Part shown: piece by piece, positions 29,026 through 39,329 of the stretch | Position numbering within the stretch: position 1 is the stretch's first letter | How the letters are laid out: each line of letters begins with the position of its first letter | Sequence record: DRR378314_1406 | Length of the DNA: 64,000 nt | Reading direction: 5' to 3' (one strand) | Program-made: the position numbers and the translations under genes | The notes under the pieces: generated by a model | Told to the model about the DNA's origin: nothing | The model's input: the letters and a program-made list of their open reading frames with translations, nothing else | Databases searched by the model: none

Positions 29026-29724
29026 ATGGATACTTTGAAATCAGTCCTGGTTCCCATTAACAAGGAAGGCTATCGCTTCATTGCGATTTTTGCCGTGATT
29101 ACCCTTCTGCTGTTTCTGTTTACCGGATCATTTCTCGGGTGGATCGGGGTGGTTCTGACTCTTTGGTGTGTTTATTTCTTCCGCGATCCAGATCGCCATG
29201 TCCCAACCCGCGAAGGTCTGATGGTCAGCCCGGCAGATGGTGTGGTTCAAATGATCGAACGGGCCGTCCCACCAGAAGAGCTGGGCCTAGGTAACGATCC
29301 GATGCTGCGCATCAGTGTGTTCCTGAACGTCTTTAATGTTCATGTGAACCGGGTTCCCTTGGGCGGGAAAATTGTTAAACAGGTTTATCGTCCGGGCAAG
29401 TTTCTGAACGCGGCCCTGGATAAAGCTTCCGAGGAAAACGAGCGGCATGCGGTTCATTTGAAAACCGATGATGGCAAAGACATTGTCTTTGTTCAGATTG
29501 CCGGACTGGTTGCCCGCCGGATCGTTTGTGATCTGGTTGATGGTCAGGAAGTTCGAACCGGAGAGCGGTTTGGTCTGATCCGTTTTGGCAGCCGGACAGA
29601 TATTTATCTGCCCGATGGGATTGAGCCGTTGATCGGCGTCGGTCAAACCATGATCGGTGGCGAAAGCGTGATTGCGGATCTGAACGGGGAAAATAAACTC
29701 GGCGTTGCCGTGGAGGTTCGCTAA
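29026..29724 (+). CDS. psd: Phosphatidylserine decarboxylase
   Basis: [27 protein letters not shown] and IRFGSR cleavage motif. Confidence 0.95.
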   Translation: MDTLKSVLVPINKEGYRFIAIFAVITLLLFLFTGSFLGWIGVVLTLWCVYFFRDPDRHVPTREGLMVSPADGVVQMIERAVPPEELGLGNDPMLRISVFLNVFNVHVNRVPLGGKIVKQVYRPGKFLNAALDKASEENERHAVHLKTDDGKDIVFVQIAGLVARRIVCDLVDGQEVRTGERFGLIRFGSRTDIYLPDGIEPLIGVGQTMIGGESVIADLNGENKLGVAVEVR

Positions 29725-30569
29725 TGCCAATGGGGCGCAGGAAGCTTCGGGAATTACCGATTAATTCCCTAATTCCCAATATGCTGACCACGCTGGCCCT
29801 TTGCGCCGGATTGACATCTGTTCGATTTGCCTTGGAAAGCCGCTGGGAAATGGCGGTTGCCGCGATTTTAATCGCCGGAATTCTGGATGGGCTGGATGGC
29901 CGCATGGCTCGGCTTTTGAAAGGCAGTTCAAAATTTGGCGCAGAATTGGATAGCCTTTCCGATTTTGTCAGTTTTGGCGTCGCGCCAGCGCTTGTTCTGT
30001 ATTTATGGACCCTGAACACGGGTCTTGGCGGGTTCGGCTGGATCATTTCACTGATTTTCACAGTGTCCTGCGGGCTCAGGCTGGCCCGGTTTAACGCCAT
30101 GATGGATGATGATGTCCCGGAATGGGAAGGGCGGTATTTCACCGGAATTGCAGCCCCGGCCGGCGCGGCTATTTCGCTTCTTTTCATGGTGATCAGTTTT
30201 TATGCCGACAGTGATTTTTTCCGGTCTGACATTCTGAACGCCTGCTGGTTGCTGCTCATGGCATTTCTGATGGCGAGCCGGATCCCGACTTTTTCTGTCA
30301 AACGGGTCCGTGTGCCGCGTAAGTTTATCATTGGTATGTTGATGGTGGTGGGCGGCCTTGCGGCGGTTATGGCCAGTTATCCGTGGGAGTTGCTAACCGG
30401 ATTTGCGCTTGTATATCTGGGCACCATTCCGTTTGCGATTGCAACACATAAAAGACTTGCGCGAGAAGAGGAATCCAAGACGCCTGATGATCCAGAAGCA
30501 CCGGTAAATACAGAAGATAAGGATAATCCGGATGAAGAGGACCTGAAGGATAAGGATCCGCAGAAATAA
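29724..30569 (+). CDS. pssA: CDP-diacylglycerol--serine O-phosphatidyltransferase
   Basis: DGLDGRMAR...GAELDSLSD CDP-alcohol phosphotransferase motif; coupled to psd. Confidence 0.93.
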   Translation: MPMGRRKLRELPINSLIPNMLTTLALCAGLTSVRFALESRWEMAVAAILIAGILDGLDGRMARLLKGSSKFGAELDSLSDFVSFGVAPALVLYLWTLNTGLGGFGWIISLIFTVSCGLRLARFNAMMDDDVPEWEGRYFTGIAAPAGAAISLLFMVISFYADSDFFRSDILNACWLLLMAFLMASRIPTFSVKRVRVPRKFIIGMLMVVGGLAAVMASYPWELLTGFALVYLGTIPFAIATHKRLAREEESKTPDDPEAPVNTEDKDNPDEEDLKDKDPQK

Positions 30570-30630
30570 GACTTTGGCGTGATCCTGTCCTGATCCGGGA
30601 TTTTACCGGCGATAACCAAATTAGTGAATT

Positions 30631-30661
30631 AAAAAAGGCGACCGGGTGGTCGCCTTTTTTT
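30631..30661. terminator. Bidirectional terminator between pssA and the RND gene
   Basis: AAAAAAGGCGACC-gggt-GGTCGCCTTTTTT. Confidence 0.85.
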
Positions 30662-30667
30662 ATGGGA

Positions 30668-33600
30668 TTATTCAGCTGGGGAAACATTGCCCTTCACGCT
30701 GACTTTCATCTTTTTCTGTTTCTTACGCTCCCGCCGACGATCGCGAAATGCCGCGACATTGGCACCAACCATCAACAGACAGGGCGTTACTATCAGCGTC
30801 AATGCGGTTGCAAAGGTCAATCCAAAGGCAACCGCGGTTGACAACTGAACCCACCACTGCGAAGAGGGCGCGCCCGTTTGAACTTCCCGGGTAAAGAAGT
30901 CGATATTGACCTGCATGGCCATGGGCAACAGTCCAAAGATTGTCGTGATCGTTGTTAGCATCACAGGGCGAAGTCTTTGGGCGCCAGTTCTTAGAATGGC
31001 TTCCAGAGCGTCCATCCCCTGTTTTCGAAGATGGGCAAAGGTATCGATCAGAACGATATTGTTATTCACCACAATCCCGGCGAGGGAGATAACCCCCACA
31101 CCCGTCATGACAATGCCGAAGGGTTGACCGGTGACGATCAGGCCAACGAACACGCCAATGGTGGACATGATCACAGCGGTGAGGATCAGGAAGGCATGAT
31201 AGAAGCTGTTAAACTGGGTTACCAGAATGATAGCCATCATGAACAGGGCAACACCAAATGCCTTGCCGAGGAATTCCTGCGCCTTCTTTTGCTCTTCATC
31301 TTCGCCTTTGAAGCGGAAATTCACGGCAGGATCAATATTTGCGCTATTTACCAGCCAGCTTTCGATTTCCTTGACCTTGTCATCCACCAGAATTCCGGCT
31401 TTGACATTGGCTTTCAGGGTCAGAACCCGGCGGCTATCCACTCGCTTGATCGTTCCAACCTTTGGCTGTGGCGTCCGGGTTGCAAAGTTGGAGAGGGGAA
31501 CCATGCCCTTTTCCGTGCTGACGCGCAGATTATCGATCTGATCCAGACTGCGGTAGCTTTCCGGATATCGAACCCGGATTTCCACTTCATCATCCACTTC
31601 GGTCGGGCGATATTCGTGGGCCTTGATCCCATTGGTGACAAGCTGGATGGTTTTCCCAACCGTTGTCACATCCGCACCGTATTTACCGGCCTGGGTCCGG
31701 TCCACTTCCACTTCCCATTCAATACCGGGAATAGGGCGGCTATCTTCCAGATCAATCAGATCATCGACGTTATCTTCAAGATGTTTTCGGATCTTGGCAA
31801 CTTCCGGAACCAGTTTTTCCGGAAAGCGCGATGACAATTCGATCTGGATATGTTTGCCCGTTGGCGGCCCGGCATCCGGCTCCCGCGTTTCAACGGTTAT
31901 GCCGGCGATATGCTGGGTGCGGGCGCGGATGTCTTCGAAGACTTCATCGGCGGGACGCCGTTCAAACCAGTCTTTGAATTCAGTTTGAATGACGCCAATG
32001 ACATCTTCTGAAATATCCTGACCATCAGTGCCGCCGCCGGTTTTGGCATAGACAGAGGAAAAATCCTCCAGTTTAAGGACCTCCCGCTCGACCGAGCGGA
32101 CCAATTGATCTTTTTCCAATGTCGACATGTTGCCCCGGGCATGCACATAGACAAGCGCCATTTCCGGTTCCACATCGGGGAAGAATTCCACGCCATTGCC
32201 ATGGGTTGCATAATAGGCCTGAACACCGATAAGCGCGGCGATCGCCACCATGACAATTTTGAAGGGATGACGCAAACAGAAGGCCAACGCGCGAACGTAA
32301 GACCCTGTGCTGCCACCAATGCTTCGGATATCACCGGATTCTGCAGCGGCAAGTGCGCCAAGGGTTTTTGAATTTACACTGCCGGCCTTGCCAAAGACCG
32401 AGCCTAGTGTGGGCACAAAAATCAATGCCATCAACAACGAGCCGATCAGGGTGGTGATCAAGGTAATCGGCAGGAATTTCATAAATTCGCCGACCACACC
32501 CGGCCAGAACAATAGCGGCATAAACACCGCCAATGTTGTTGCGGTTGACGCAATGATGGGCCAGGCCATGCGTTTGGCGGCCAAGGCATAGGCTTCAACC
32601 CGGTCATACCCTTCGGCCATTTTCCGGTCGGCAAATTCGGTGACCACAATCGCCCCGTCAACCAGCATCCCAACGGCAAGGATCAAGCCGAACAGCACCA
32701 CGATATTGATCGTAAACCCGAACAGATACAGATACAGGATCCCGATCAGAAAGGAGCCGGGAATAGCCAGCCCGACAAGGCCCGCAGTTCGCATGCCAAG
32801 GGCGCTGATCACCACAATCATCACCAGAATGATGGCGCTGATAATATTGTTCTGCAGATCCTTCAGCATGATCCGGATGTCCTTGGACTTATCCTGACTG
32901 AAGGTCACTTCCAGGCCTTCCGGCCAGATCTCCTGCTCTTGAGCTACCGTGGCTTTCACTTCTTCGATCGTATCGATAATGTTTTCGCCAAGGCGCTTTT
33001 TAATTTCCAGTACCACCGCTGGCTTGCCATTCAGGCGGGCGTAGCTTTCTGCATCTTTAAAGGTGCGGCGAATATCGGTGACATCGCCCAAGGTGACAAC
33101 CGCATCGCCGTTGACTTTCAACGGAATGGAAAAGACATCTTTGGCGGTTTCGAACAAACCCGGCACCTTGATGGAAAACCGGCCTTTACCTGTATCCATG
33201 GAGCCTGCCGCAACCAGCTTGTTATTAAGCTGAACGGCGTTGATCAGTTCCGTGTTGGAAATCTTATAGCTTTCCAGTTTGACCGGATCGATGATGACTT
33301 CAAGAACCTCTTCCCGGTCACCGCCAATATCAGCGGCCAGAACGCCGGCCAATCCTTCCAGTTCATCCTGCAGATCCTTGGCAATCCGGATGAGGGAGCG
33401 CATGGGAATATCACCGGACAGGGTGACAACCAAAACCGGAAACAGGCCCACATTCACTTCATGGACGCTGGGATCATCGGTTTCATCGGGCAGTTCCAGC
33501 TTGGCAATATCGACCTTTTCACGCACATCATCCAAGGCCCGGTCAGAATCAAAGCCGGCTTCAAACTCCATCAGAACAGAGGCATGGCCTTCCCCCGCAG

Positions 33601-33850
33601 TGGAGCGCATCTCCTTGATCCCCTCGATGCCGCGAAGTTCAATTTCCATGGGCCGGACGAGGAGGCGTTCAGCGTCTTCCGGGGAAATCCCCTCATGGGT
33701 CATGGACACATAGATGATGGGGATATTAATGTCAGGATCCGCTTCTTTTGCGATATCCACATAGGCAGTGAAACCCGCAACCAGGATCAGGACAAGGGCA
33801 CTGATTACCGTTCGGGAGCGATGAATGGCGGCATCAATGATCGCATTCAT
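30668..33850 (-). CDS. RND efflux permease (AcrB/AcrD/AcrF family)
   Basis: 1060 aa; GMLVDGAIVV, GIVVNNNIVL and RLRPVMLT motifs. Confidence 0.95.
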   Translation of the reverse strand: MNAIIDAAIHRSRTVISALVLILVAGFTAYVDIAKEADPDINIPIIYVSMTHEGISPEDAERLLVRPMEIELRGIEGIKEMRSTAGEGHASVLMEFEAGFDSDRALDDVREKVDIAKLELPDETDDPSVHEVNVGLFPVLVVTLSGDIPMRSLIRIAKDLQDELEGLAGVLAADIGGDREEVLEVIIDPVKLESYKISNTELINAVQLNNKLVAAGSMDTGKGRFSIKVPGLFETAKDVFSIPLKVNGDAVVTLGDVTDIRRTFKDAESYARLNGKPAVVLEIKKRLGENIIDTIEEVKATVAQEQEIWPEGLEVTFSQDKSKDIRIMLKDLQNNIISAIILVMIVVISALGMRTAGLVGLAIPGSFLIGILYLYLFGFTINIVVLFGLILAVGMLVDGAIVVTEFADRKMAEGYDRVEAYALAAKRMAWPIIASTATTLAVFMPLLFWPGVVGEFMKFLPITLITTLIGSLLMALIFVPTLGSVFGKAGSVNSKTLGALAAAESGDIRSIGGSTGSYVRALAFCLRHPFKIVMVAIAALIGVQAYYATHGNGVEFFPDVEPEMALVYVHARGNMSTLEKDQLVRSVEREVLKLEDFSSVYAKTGGGTDGQDISEDVIGVIQTEFKDWFERRPADEVFEDIRARTQHIAGITVETREPDAGPPTGKHIQIELSSRFPEKLVPEVAKIRKHLEDNVDDLIDLEDSRPIPGIEWEVEVDRTQAGKYGADVTTVGKTIQLVTNGIKAHEYRPTEVDDEVEIRVRYPESYRSLDQIDNLRVSTEKGMVPLSNFATRTPQPKVGTIKRVDSRRVLTLKANVKAGILVDDKVKEIESWLVNSANIDPAVNFRFKGEDEEQKKAQEFLGKAFGVALFMMAIILVTQFNSFYHAFLILTAVIMSTIGVFVGLIVTGQPFGIVMTGVGVISLAGIVVNNNIVLIDTFAHLRKQGMDALEAILRTGAQRLRPVMLTTITTIFGLLPMAMQVNIDFFTREVQTGAPSSQWWVQLSTAVAFGLTFATALTLIVTPCLLMVGANVAAFRDRRRERKKQKKMKVSVKGNVSPAE

Positions 33851-34965
33851 TTTTTAACTCCGGCAGTAGAGGTTTGCGGCAGGACTTTTTCACCATCCAT
33901 AACGAATTCCTGTCCGACTTTGATCAGCCGGATTTGCTCTGGCAGGCCGGTAATCCAGGCGCCAGAGCTGGTATCGGCAAGCACATCGATGGGATGAAAA
34001 TGCACAATGTCTTTATCATCGACCGATCGGACGCCCAGTACACCTTCTTCGTTGAGGGTAAGGATCGCCGGTGTAATGAAATGAGCCATAACCTTGTCAG
34101 TTTCAAAAACAGTTTCAGCGGTCACGCCAGAGCGGATATCCAGATTGGGGTTATCAACCAGCAGTTCAACGCGAAAAGTCCGTGTGGCCGTATCGGCGGT
34201 TTTGCCAATGAAGCGAACCTTCCCATGGACAGTTTCCCCGGTAATCAGTTTGGCAGTGCCTTTATCGCCGATATGGATCTTATTGACGTCCAGTTCCGAG
34301 ATTTGACCGACGATCAGGACCGGATCTTCATCAACAATTGTCGCGACCAGATTGCCATCTTTGATGTAATCGCCGATTTCCGCGTGCCGATCTTCGATGA
34401 TGCCATCAAAGGGTGCGCGGATTTTCAAATCTTCCAAGGAGATGCGGACGCTTTCCGCTTTGGCAAGAGCGCTGTCGAGCAGGGCTTTGGTCCCGGCAAG
34501 GGTAGTTTTGGCGCTGAAGCCTTTTTTATTGAGGGAGCTGGCCGCGTCATATTCGATTTGCCGCTGGCGGACCAGGGCTTCAGCCTCGGACAGTTGGGCC
34601 ATTCTGTCTTTGAGGGCAAATCGGACCAGCAGATCGCCTTTTTTGACCCGTTGACCGCGTTCGACGAAAATCTCTGTCACCCGCCCGGGGGTTTCGGCTT
34701 TCAGCTCAACAATGCGGATTGCTTCGGTAACGCCGCGAACCACCACCGGCTCGGAGCGTTGCTGAGCTGCGGACATCTGGACTTCGACCTGGATGGGGGC
34801 GTGTTTTTTGCTTTGCAGGGCTTTGGCGATTTCCTCTCCATTGGCGGGAGCGGTATCGACCGCGGCTTCATTGGGATCTGAGGACGGCTCTTGAAACTGA
34901 CCTGACAGAATCCAGCCAACTGCCGCGACGGCAATGAGTATTGCTATTATGACTGAACGGTTCAC
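33847..34965 (-). CDS. RND periplasmic adaptor (membrane fusion protein)
   Basis: N-terminal TM, GQRVKKGDLL, IRAPFDG and TRTFRVE motifs. Confidence 0.92.
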   Translation of the reverse strand: MNRSVIIAILIAVAAVGWILSGQFQEPSSDPNEAAVDTAPANGEEIAKALQSKKHAPIQVEVQMSAAQQRSEPVVVRGVTEAIRIVELKAETPGRVTEIFVERGQRVKKGDLLVRFALKDRMAQLSEAEALVRQRQIEYDAASSLNKKGFSAKTTLAGTKALLDSALAKAESVRISLEDLKIRAPFDGIIEDRHAEIGDYIKDGNLVATIVDEDPVLIVGQISELDVNKIHIGDKGTAKLITGETVHGKVRFIGKTADTATRTFRVELLVDNPNLDIRSGVTAETVFETDKVMAHFITPAILTLNEEGVLGVRSVDDKDIVHFHPIDVLADTSSGAWITGLPEQIRLIKVGQEFVMDGEKVLPQTSTAGVKK

Positions 34966-35001
34966 TTTTACGTACCTCTTCCCTAAATAATCCCCGATAG
35001 T

Positions 35002-35538
35002 TTACTCAGCGGCTGTATCGACCTGATTTGCTTCAGCCTCTATGAGATGTCTGTTTTCGCGCAGATACTGAATGGCGGCGGTTCGCACCGCCACGCCAAA
35101 TCCGCACAAGAACTGCTCCGACGGGGATGCTTTGACCTCGCAGCCCAAAGAGAGTTCTTTCAAGTTGTCTTCGTAATAACTGATATAGTCATCCAGTATG
35201 CGCGTGATCTGTTCCCGCGATAGAAAATGCGTGAAGATCATGGTTGCCAGCGAGTCAGATCGGAATCGGTCCTGTGACGGATCCTTTTGCAATTCTCTGA
35301 TAAACGCGGCTTCGCCCGCTTCGGTGATGGAATATATTTTCTTGTCAGGGCGCTTGCTTTGCTGTTCTGCACGGCAGGAGACGAGCTTTTCCTGAGTGAG
35401 TTTGTTCAAAGCCGGGTAAATGGAGCCGAAACTTGCATCATAAAGAAGGTTCAGACGGTCCTGAAACGCCTTCTTGATTTCATAACCCGTTGCATCCCCC
35501 AATGTGAGAATGCCAAGGCAAAGAGTTCGTACATCCAT
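35002..35538 (-). CDS. PadR-family transcriptional regulator
   Basis: TGYEIKK, SFGSIYPAL and KKIYSITEAG motifs. Confidence 0.92.
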   Translation of the reverse strand: MDVRTLCLGILTLGDATGYEIKKAFQDRLNLLYDASFGSIYPALNKLTQEKLVSCRAEQQSKRPDKKIYSITEAGEAAFIRELQKDPSQDRFRSDSLATMIFTHFLSREQITRILDDYISYYEDNLKELSLGCEVKASPSEQFLCGFGVAVRTAAIQYLRENRHLIEAEANQVDTAAE

Positions 35539-35729
35539 TTTTGACTACCAATTATGCCGTTGGAAAACTGCGCCCAACTGAATGACATATATTGTTTCGA
35601 TATATATCAGCGTGGCATAATAGGGAGGAAAACTGAAAAGTATGTGATGAAAATCACGCAACAAGGCGCTCGCTGCCCGAAACGTGGTGCAGCGCACAAA
35701 TTCAAGGGAGGATTTATGTCAAATCTGGA

Positions 35730-35912
35730 TTAGATATGCCGTTTGAGAGCGACGTTGATCAGTTCAAGATCGGGGCATTGCGCGTGCATGAGAATCGGCT
35801 TCACGACCATCTGCTGATTCCAGGCGATGGTTTGCGGCGCAGTTTTTGCCATGACCAGAAAAGTCAGGCTCAGGAATGAAATAGTTAGTGCAGTCAAAAG
35901 TTTAAGATACAT
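35730..35912 (-). CDS. Small hypothetical protein, possibly secreted
   Basis: 60 aa; RBS GGGAGA; hydrophobic N-terminus. Confidence 0.4.
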   Translation of the reverse strand: MYLKLLTALTISFLSLTFLVMAKTAPQTIAWNQQMVVKPILMHAQCPDLELINVALKRHI

Positions 35913-36003
35913 AATCTATCTCCCCAATAGAACGATTGTCACAGAATGACCCTCAATTGGGTAACTTTAATGGCGCAATTGCGGCATGTTTAGGGCAGCC
36001 GGA

Positions 36004-36216
36004 TTATTTGCCAGTAGCCTCTTTGCGACGTGCCCGTAACTGTTTGATAACCGCAAGCTTTTCATCATTGTCCAGATGCATCCAGCCGCCAATTTCAAGT
36101 CGGCTTCGATAACAGCCGATACAATATTCGTTGCTCAGATCCATTGTGCAAACCCCGGTACAGGGGGAGGGAATGGTCAGATTTTTGGGTGCGGCCCTGA
36201 TAACTTTTCGGTGCAT
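36004..36216 (-). CDS. DUF1289 family small Cys-rich protein
   Basis: SPCTGVC...CIGCYRS..EI..W pattern. Confidence 0.85.
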   Translation of the reverse strand: MHRKVIRAAPKNLTIPSPCTGVCTMDLSNEYCIGCYRSRLEIGGWMHLDNDEKLAVIKQLRARRKEATGK

Positions 36217-36221
36217 TTTTT

Positions 36222-36647
36222 TTATTTTTCCTTGTCCGATAAGAGCTTCTTGAGTGCCCGAAAGGGCAACAAGACACAGATATGGCGGCTTTTATGATCC
36301 TTGACCGGGCTGAAAAATTCAAGCTTTTCCCAAGGCGGTGCCTCAGTTTCCTTGGTTCCGTCGAGAATTTGATGAAGGGTTGCAATGACCTTTTCCAGAT
36401 CCTGCAGATCCATTCCAACCGCATGTTCTGCCAACAGGGAGGCCGATGCCTGACACAGAAGGCAAGCCCGGTTTTCTTGTGCTATTTCAACTATTTTACC
36501 ATCTTCCAGACGGACCTGAATGGTGATCCGATCGCCGCAGGTTGGATTGTCCAGGGTTTCTTCACGGTCCGGATGATCCAGTTTTCCGGATCCTGTGGCA
36601 TTCGCGGCAAGGCGCATCAGGTTTTTCTGGTACAATTCTTCGATCAC
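36222..36647 (-). CDS. SufU/NifU_N-like Fe-S scaffold protein
   Basis: NPTCGD, ACLLCQASAS and RHICVLLP (three conserved Cys). Confidence 0.85.
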   Translation of the reverse strand: MIEELYQKNLMRLAANATGSGKLDHPDREETLDNPTCGDRITIQVRLEDGKIVEIAQENRACLLCQASASLLAEHAVGMDLQDLEKVIATLHQILDGTKETEAPPWEKLEFFSPVKDHKSRHICVLLPFRALKKLLSDKEK

Positions 36648-36654
36648 AACAACG

Positions 36655-38295
36655 CTACCTTTTTGGCGGGTCCTGACGGGTGAAGGTCGCCAGGATTTCG
36701 GGAGTATCTATATCGGTGAATATGGTATGGCTGTCAATTTCCACAAGATCCACCGAATGTTCATGGGCGGAAATGATCGCCTTGGCCCCCAAGTCGCCGG
36801 TGATGGATTTGATTTCATCCCAATACTGACTGGACAGCAGCACCGGATTTCCTCTTTTGCCATTATAGCTGGGAATGACAATGGATTTTCCCGTCTCCGG
36901 ATTAAAGGCGTCTCGGAGCTGATTGAGGATTTGCGGGGTGACGAAGGGCATATCGCCCAGACAGACCAGAATACCATCAACCTGTGGGGATAAGGCTTCA
37001 AAGCCAACTTTCAAAGTTGTGGATAAGCCATTGGCATAATTGGGATTATGAACGGTTTTTACGCCCAGATCCCAGACGGTTTTTTGAACGTCTTCGGCTT
37101 CATGTCCGGTGACCATAACAATGTCTGTGATCTTGGCGGCTTTTAAGGTTTCTGCCACATGTCGGATCATGGGTTTTCCGTCAATGACGGCCAGCAATTT
37201 ATTATCCGTGCCCATACGCCGGGATTGTCCAGCGGCCAGCAAGAGGGCGCCGATTTTATAATTTTTATGAGCTGCGTCTCTGGGTTTGCGGGATCTGGGT
37301 TGGGGGCGGCTTGCGATTTCTTTGAGCAATCCTCCCTCCCCAAGGTCAGTGATATCCTCTTGGGTCACCGGTATGTCGGCGAGTAATCGCTCCAAAACCC
37401 AGTCAAATCCATTGAATTTGGGGGAGCGGGTGCAGCCGGGCAGTCCGATAACCGTTGTTTTTCCCAGTTTTCCAAGCAATAGCAAATTCCCAGGATCAAC
37501 AGGCATGCCGAAATGCTCGATTTCGCCGCCTGCATCGATCAGGGCGGTGGGAATGACATCGCGGCTATCCGTAATCGCGGAGGCACCAAAGATCAGTGCA
37601 AGCTCTGTCTCGTCCGTTGCCAGGGATTTCAACAGCGGGGCGAGGGAGCCTTCATGATGATCCGTTTCATGACGGCTGGAGAGTTGGTTCTGGCAGGCGT
37701 TCAGGCGATCTTCCAACACCTGTTCGGATTTGTGAACGACCTTGTCAGGCGTTTGCGGCAATCGCGTTGAGATCACCGCAATTTTTTTGGCCTTAAAAGG
37801 TGCAACACTAAACAGGGGTTGATCCGATTTTCCGGCTTTTAACAGGGCGGTTTGCAAATGATCCGACGGGGTGGAGAAGGGTATGATCTTGACGGTTCCA
37901 ACCATTTGCCCGACAGAGACCTTCTCAAAATTTTTCAAGGTGGCCAGTGTGATTGACGGATCGATCCGATTGATTTCTTTTAGTAAGGACCGGTTGAGGA
38001 TCAGAACGCCATCGGCACTGGCCAATAAATTGGCCCGCCCGGTGAACGGCGCTTCGGCTGTAACATAGGGCCCTTTAAAGGCTTTAGAGAGAGTTTCAGC
38101 GGCTTCGTCTTCGCCAATATCGGTTTTTTCGAGGTAGGCGGCCAACACTTCGGTGACATTTTCGTCAGCCAGTGCCGAGAGTATGTCTGCCGTCAGCACG
38201 GATCCTTTCTTGACCAGGCCAAGAGGGCCGGCATGCACAGCATGGGCGAGGATCGCCCCTTCGGCGTTTTCCAAGGGCAGGCGGCCAAAGATCAT
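36655..38295 (-). CDS. Molybdopterin-binding domain fused to MocA-like cytidylyltransferase
   Basis: MPVDPGNLL...GLPGC in the N-terminal part; LAAGQSRRMG, GDMP and GKRGNPV in the C-terminal part. Confidence 0.88.
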   Translation of the reverse strand: MIFGRLPLENAEGAILAHAVHAGPLGLVKKGSVLTADILSALADENVTEVLAAYLEKTDIGEDEAAETLSKAFKGPYVTAEAPFTGRANLLASADGVLILNRSLLKEINRIDPSITLATLKNFEKVSVGQMVGTVKIIPFSTPSDHLQTALLKAGKSDQPLFSVAPFKAKKIAVISTRLPQTPDKVVHKSEQVLEDRLNACQNQLSSRHETDHHEGSLAPLLKSLATDETELALIFGASAITDSRDVIPTALIDAGGEIEHFGMPVDPGNLLLLGKLGKTTVIGLPGCTRSPKFNGFDWVLERLLADIPVTQEDITDLGEGGLLKEIASRPQPRSRKPRDAAHKNYKIGALLLAAGQSRRMGTDNKLLAVIDGKPMIRHVAETLKAAKITDIVMVTGHEAEDVQKTVWDLGVKTVHNPNYANGLSTTLKVGFEALSPQVDGILVCLGDMPFVTPQILNQLRDAFNPETGKSIVIPSYNGKRGNPVLLSSQYWDEIKSITGDLGAKAIISAHEHSVDLVEIDSHTIFTDIDTPEILATFTRQDPPKR

Positions 38296-38981
38296 TGTAC
38301 TTTGCCTTTTCGCAGGACCTGAGTGATTTCGGCTATGATGGAAATGGCAATTTCCGCCGGTGATTGAGCCCCTATATCCAGACCAACAGGGCCATGAATG
38401 CGGCCGATCGTGGTTTCGTCAAATCCGTTTCGGATCAGCCGATCCTGCCGTTTGGCGCGGGTTCGAGTACTGCCCAGTGCGCCAATGTAGAAAACATCTG
38501 ATTTCAGGGCATATTCCAGCGCCGGATCATCCAGTTTGGCATCATGGGTGAGGGTAACAATAGCACTTCGCCGGTCAGGGGCCAAATCAGATAAGGCTTC
38601 GTCCGGCCAACGGTTATCCAGCTGGATACCGGGAAAGCGAAATTCAGAACCAAAACTGCCCCGGGGATCAATCACCGTCACGTCATAGCCGGCGGCATCC
38701 GCCATACTAACCAGTTTCTGGGCGATATGGACAGCGCCGATGATAAAAAGACGTAAGGGGGGATTAAAAATATTGAGAAACATAATCCCATCGGTGGTTT
38801 CGATTTCCATCGGCCTGTCCCGTTTGAGGGCATCGCGAGCGGCATCGAGGAGGATGGTTTCTTTATTCGTTTCAAAGGGATAGAGGATTTCGCTCTCCCC
38901 AGTGTCGAGGTTGGTCGCCAAAACAACCTGCCGTTTTTCGGATCTTGCCTGCTGCAGTGCTACCAATATGTTCTGTTTCAT
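38292..38981 (-). CDS. XdhC/CoxF family protein, C-terminal half
   Basis: IGAVHIA, LTHD, YIGALGS and GPVGLDIGAQSPAEIA motifs. Confidence 0.9.
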   Translation of the reverse strand: MKQNILVALQQARSEKRQVVLATNLDTGESEILYPFETNKETILLDAARDALKRDRPMEIETTDGIMFLNIFNPPLRLFIIGAVHIAQKLVSMADAAGYDVTVIDPRGSFGSEFRFPGIQLDNRWPDEALSDLAPDRRSAIVTLTHDAKLDDPALEYALKSDVFYIGALGSTRTRAKRQDRLIRNGFDETTIGRIHGPVGLDIGAQSPAEIAISIIAEITQVLRKGKVQ

Positions 38982-38990
38982 GAGAGCCCC

Positions 38991-39329
38991 TTAAGCCAGA
39001 CTTTCAACAAAAATCCGAATGCGCCCGCCGCAGGCAAGGCCGACTTCCCATGCGGCATCATCTGTCACGCCAAATTCCAGGGTTTTAAAACCGCCCTTTG
39101 ACATCAGATCAATAGCTTCCTGCACCACGGCGCCTTCAACACAGCCCCCACTGACAGAGCCGACCATATGACCGTCTTCATCAATTGCCAGTTGACTGCC
39201 CATGGGGCGGGGGGCGGAGCCCCAGGTTTGGATAACCGTGGCAAGGGCAACTTTACGGCCCTTTTGCTGCCAATCCAGGGCATGGGCGATAACGTCATCT
39301 TTGCTGGCCATGTCAAGATCGGTCGTCAT
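38991..39329 (-). CDS. XdhC/CoxI family protein, N-terminal half
   Basis: TWGSAPRP, GSVSGGCVE and GLACGG motifs. Confidence 0.9.
   Translation of the reverse strand: MTTDLDMASKDDVIAHALDWQQKGRKVALATVIQTWGSAPRPMGSQLAIDEDGHMVGSVSGGCVEGAVVQEAIDLMSKGGFKTLEFGVTDDAAWEVGLACGGRIRIFVESLA

Noticed and set aside
35643-35658. CRP-like site TGTGA-N6-TCACG upstream of padR
   Set aside because: A single imperfect match with no supporting context.
38292-39329. Split xdhC read as a pseudogene
   Set aside because: Both halves have their own starts and intact motifs, and two-gene XdhC is common in alphaproteobacterial cox clusters.
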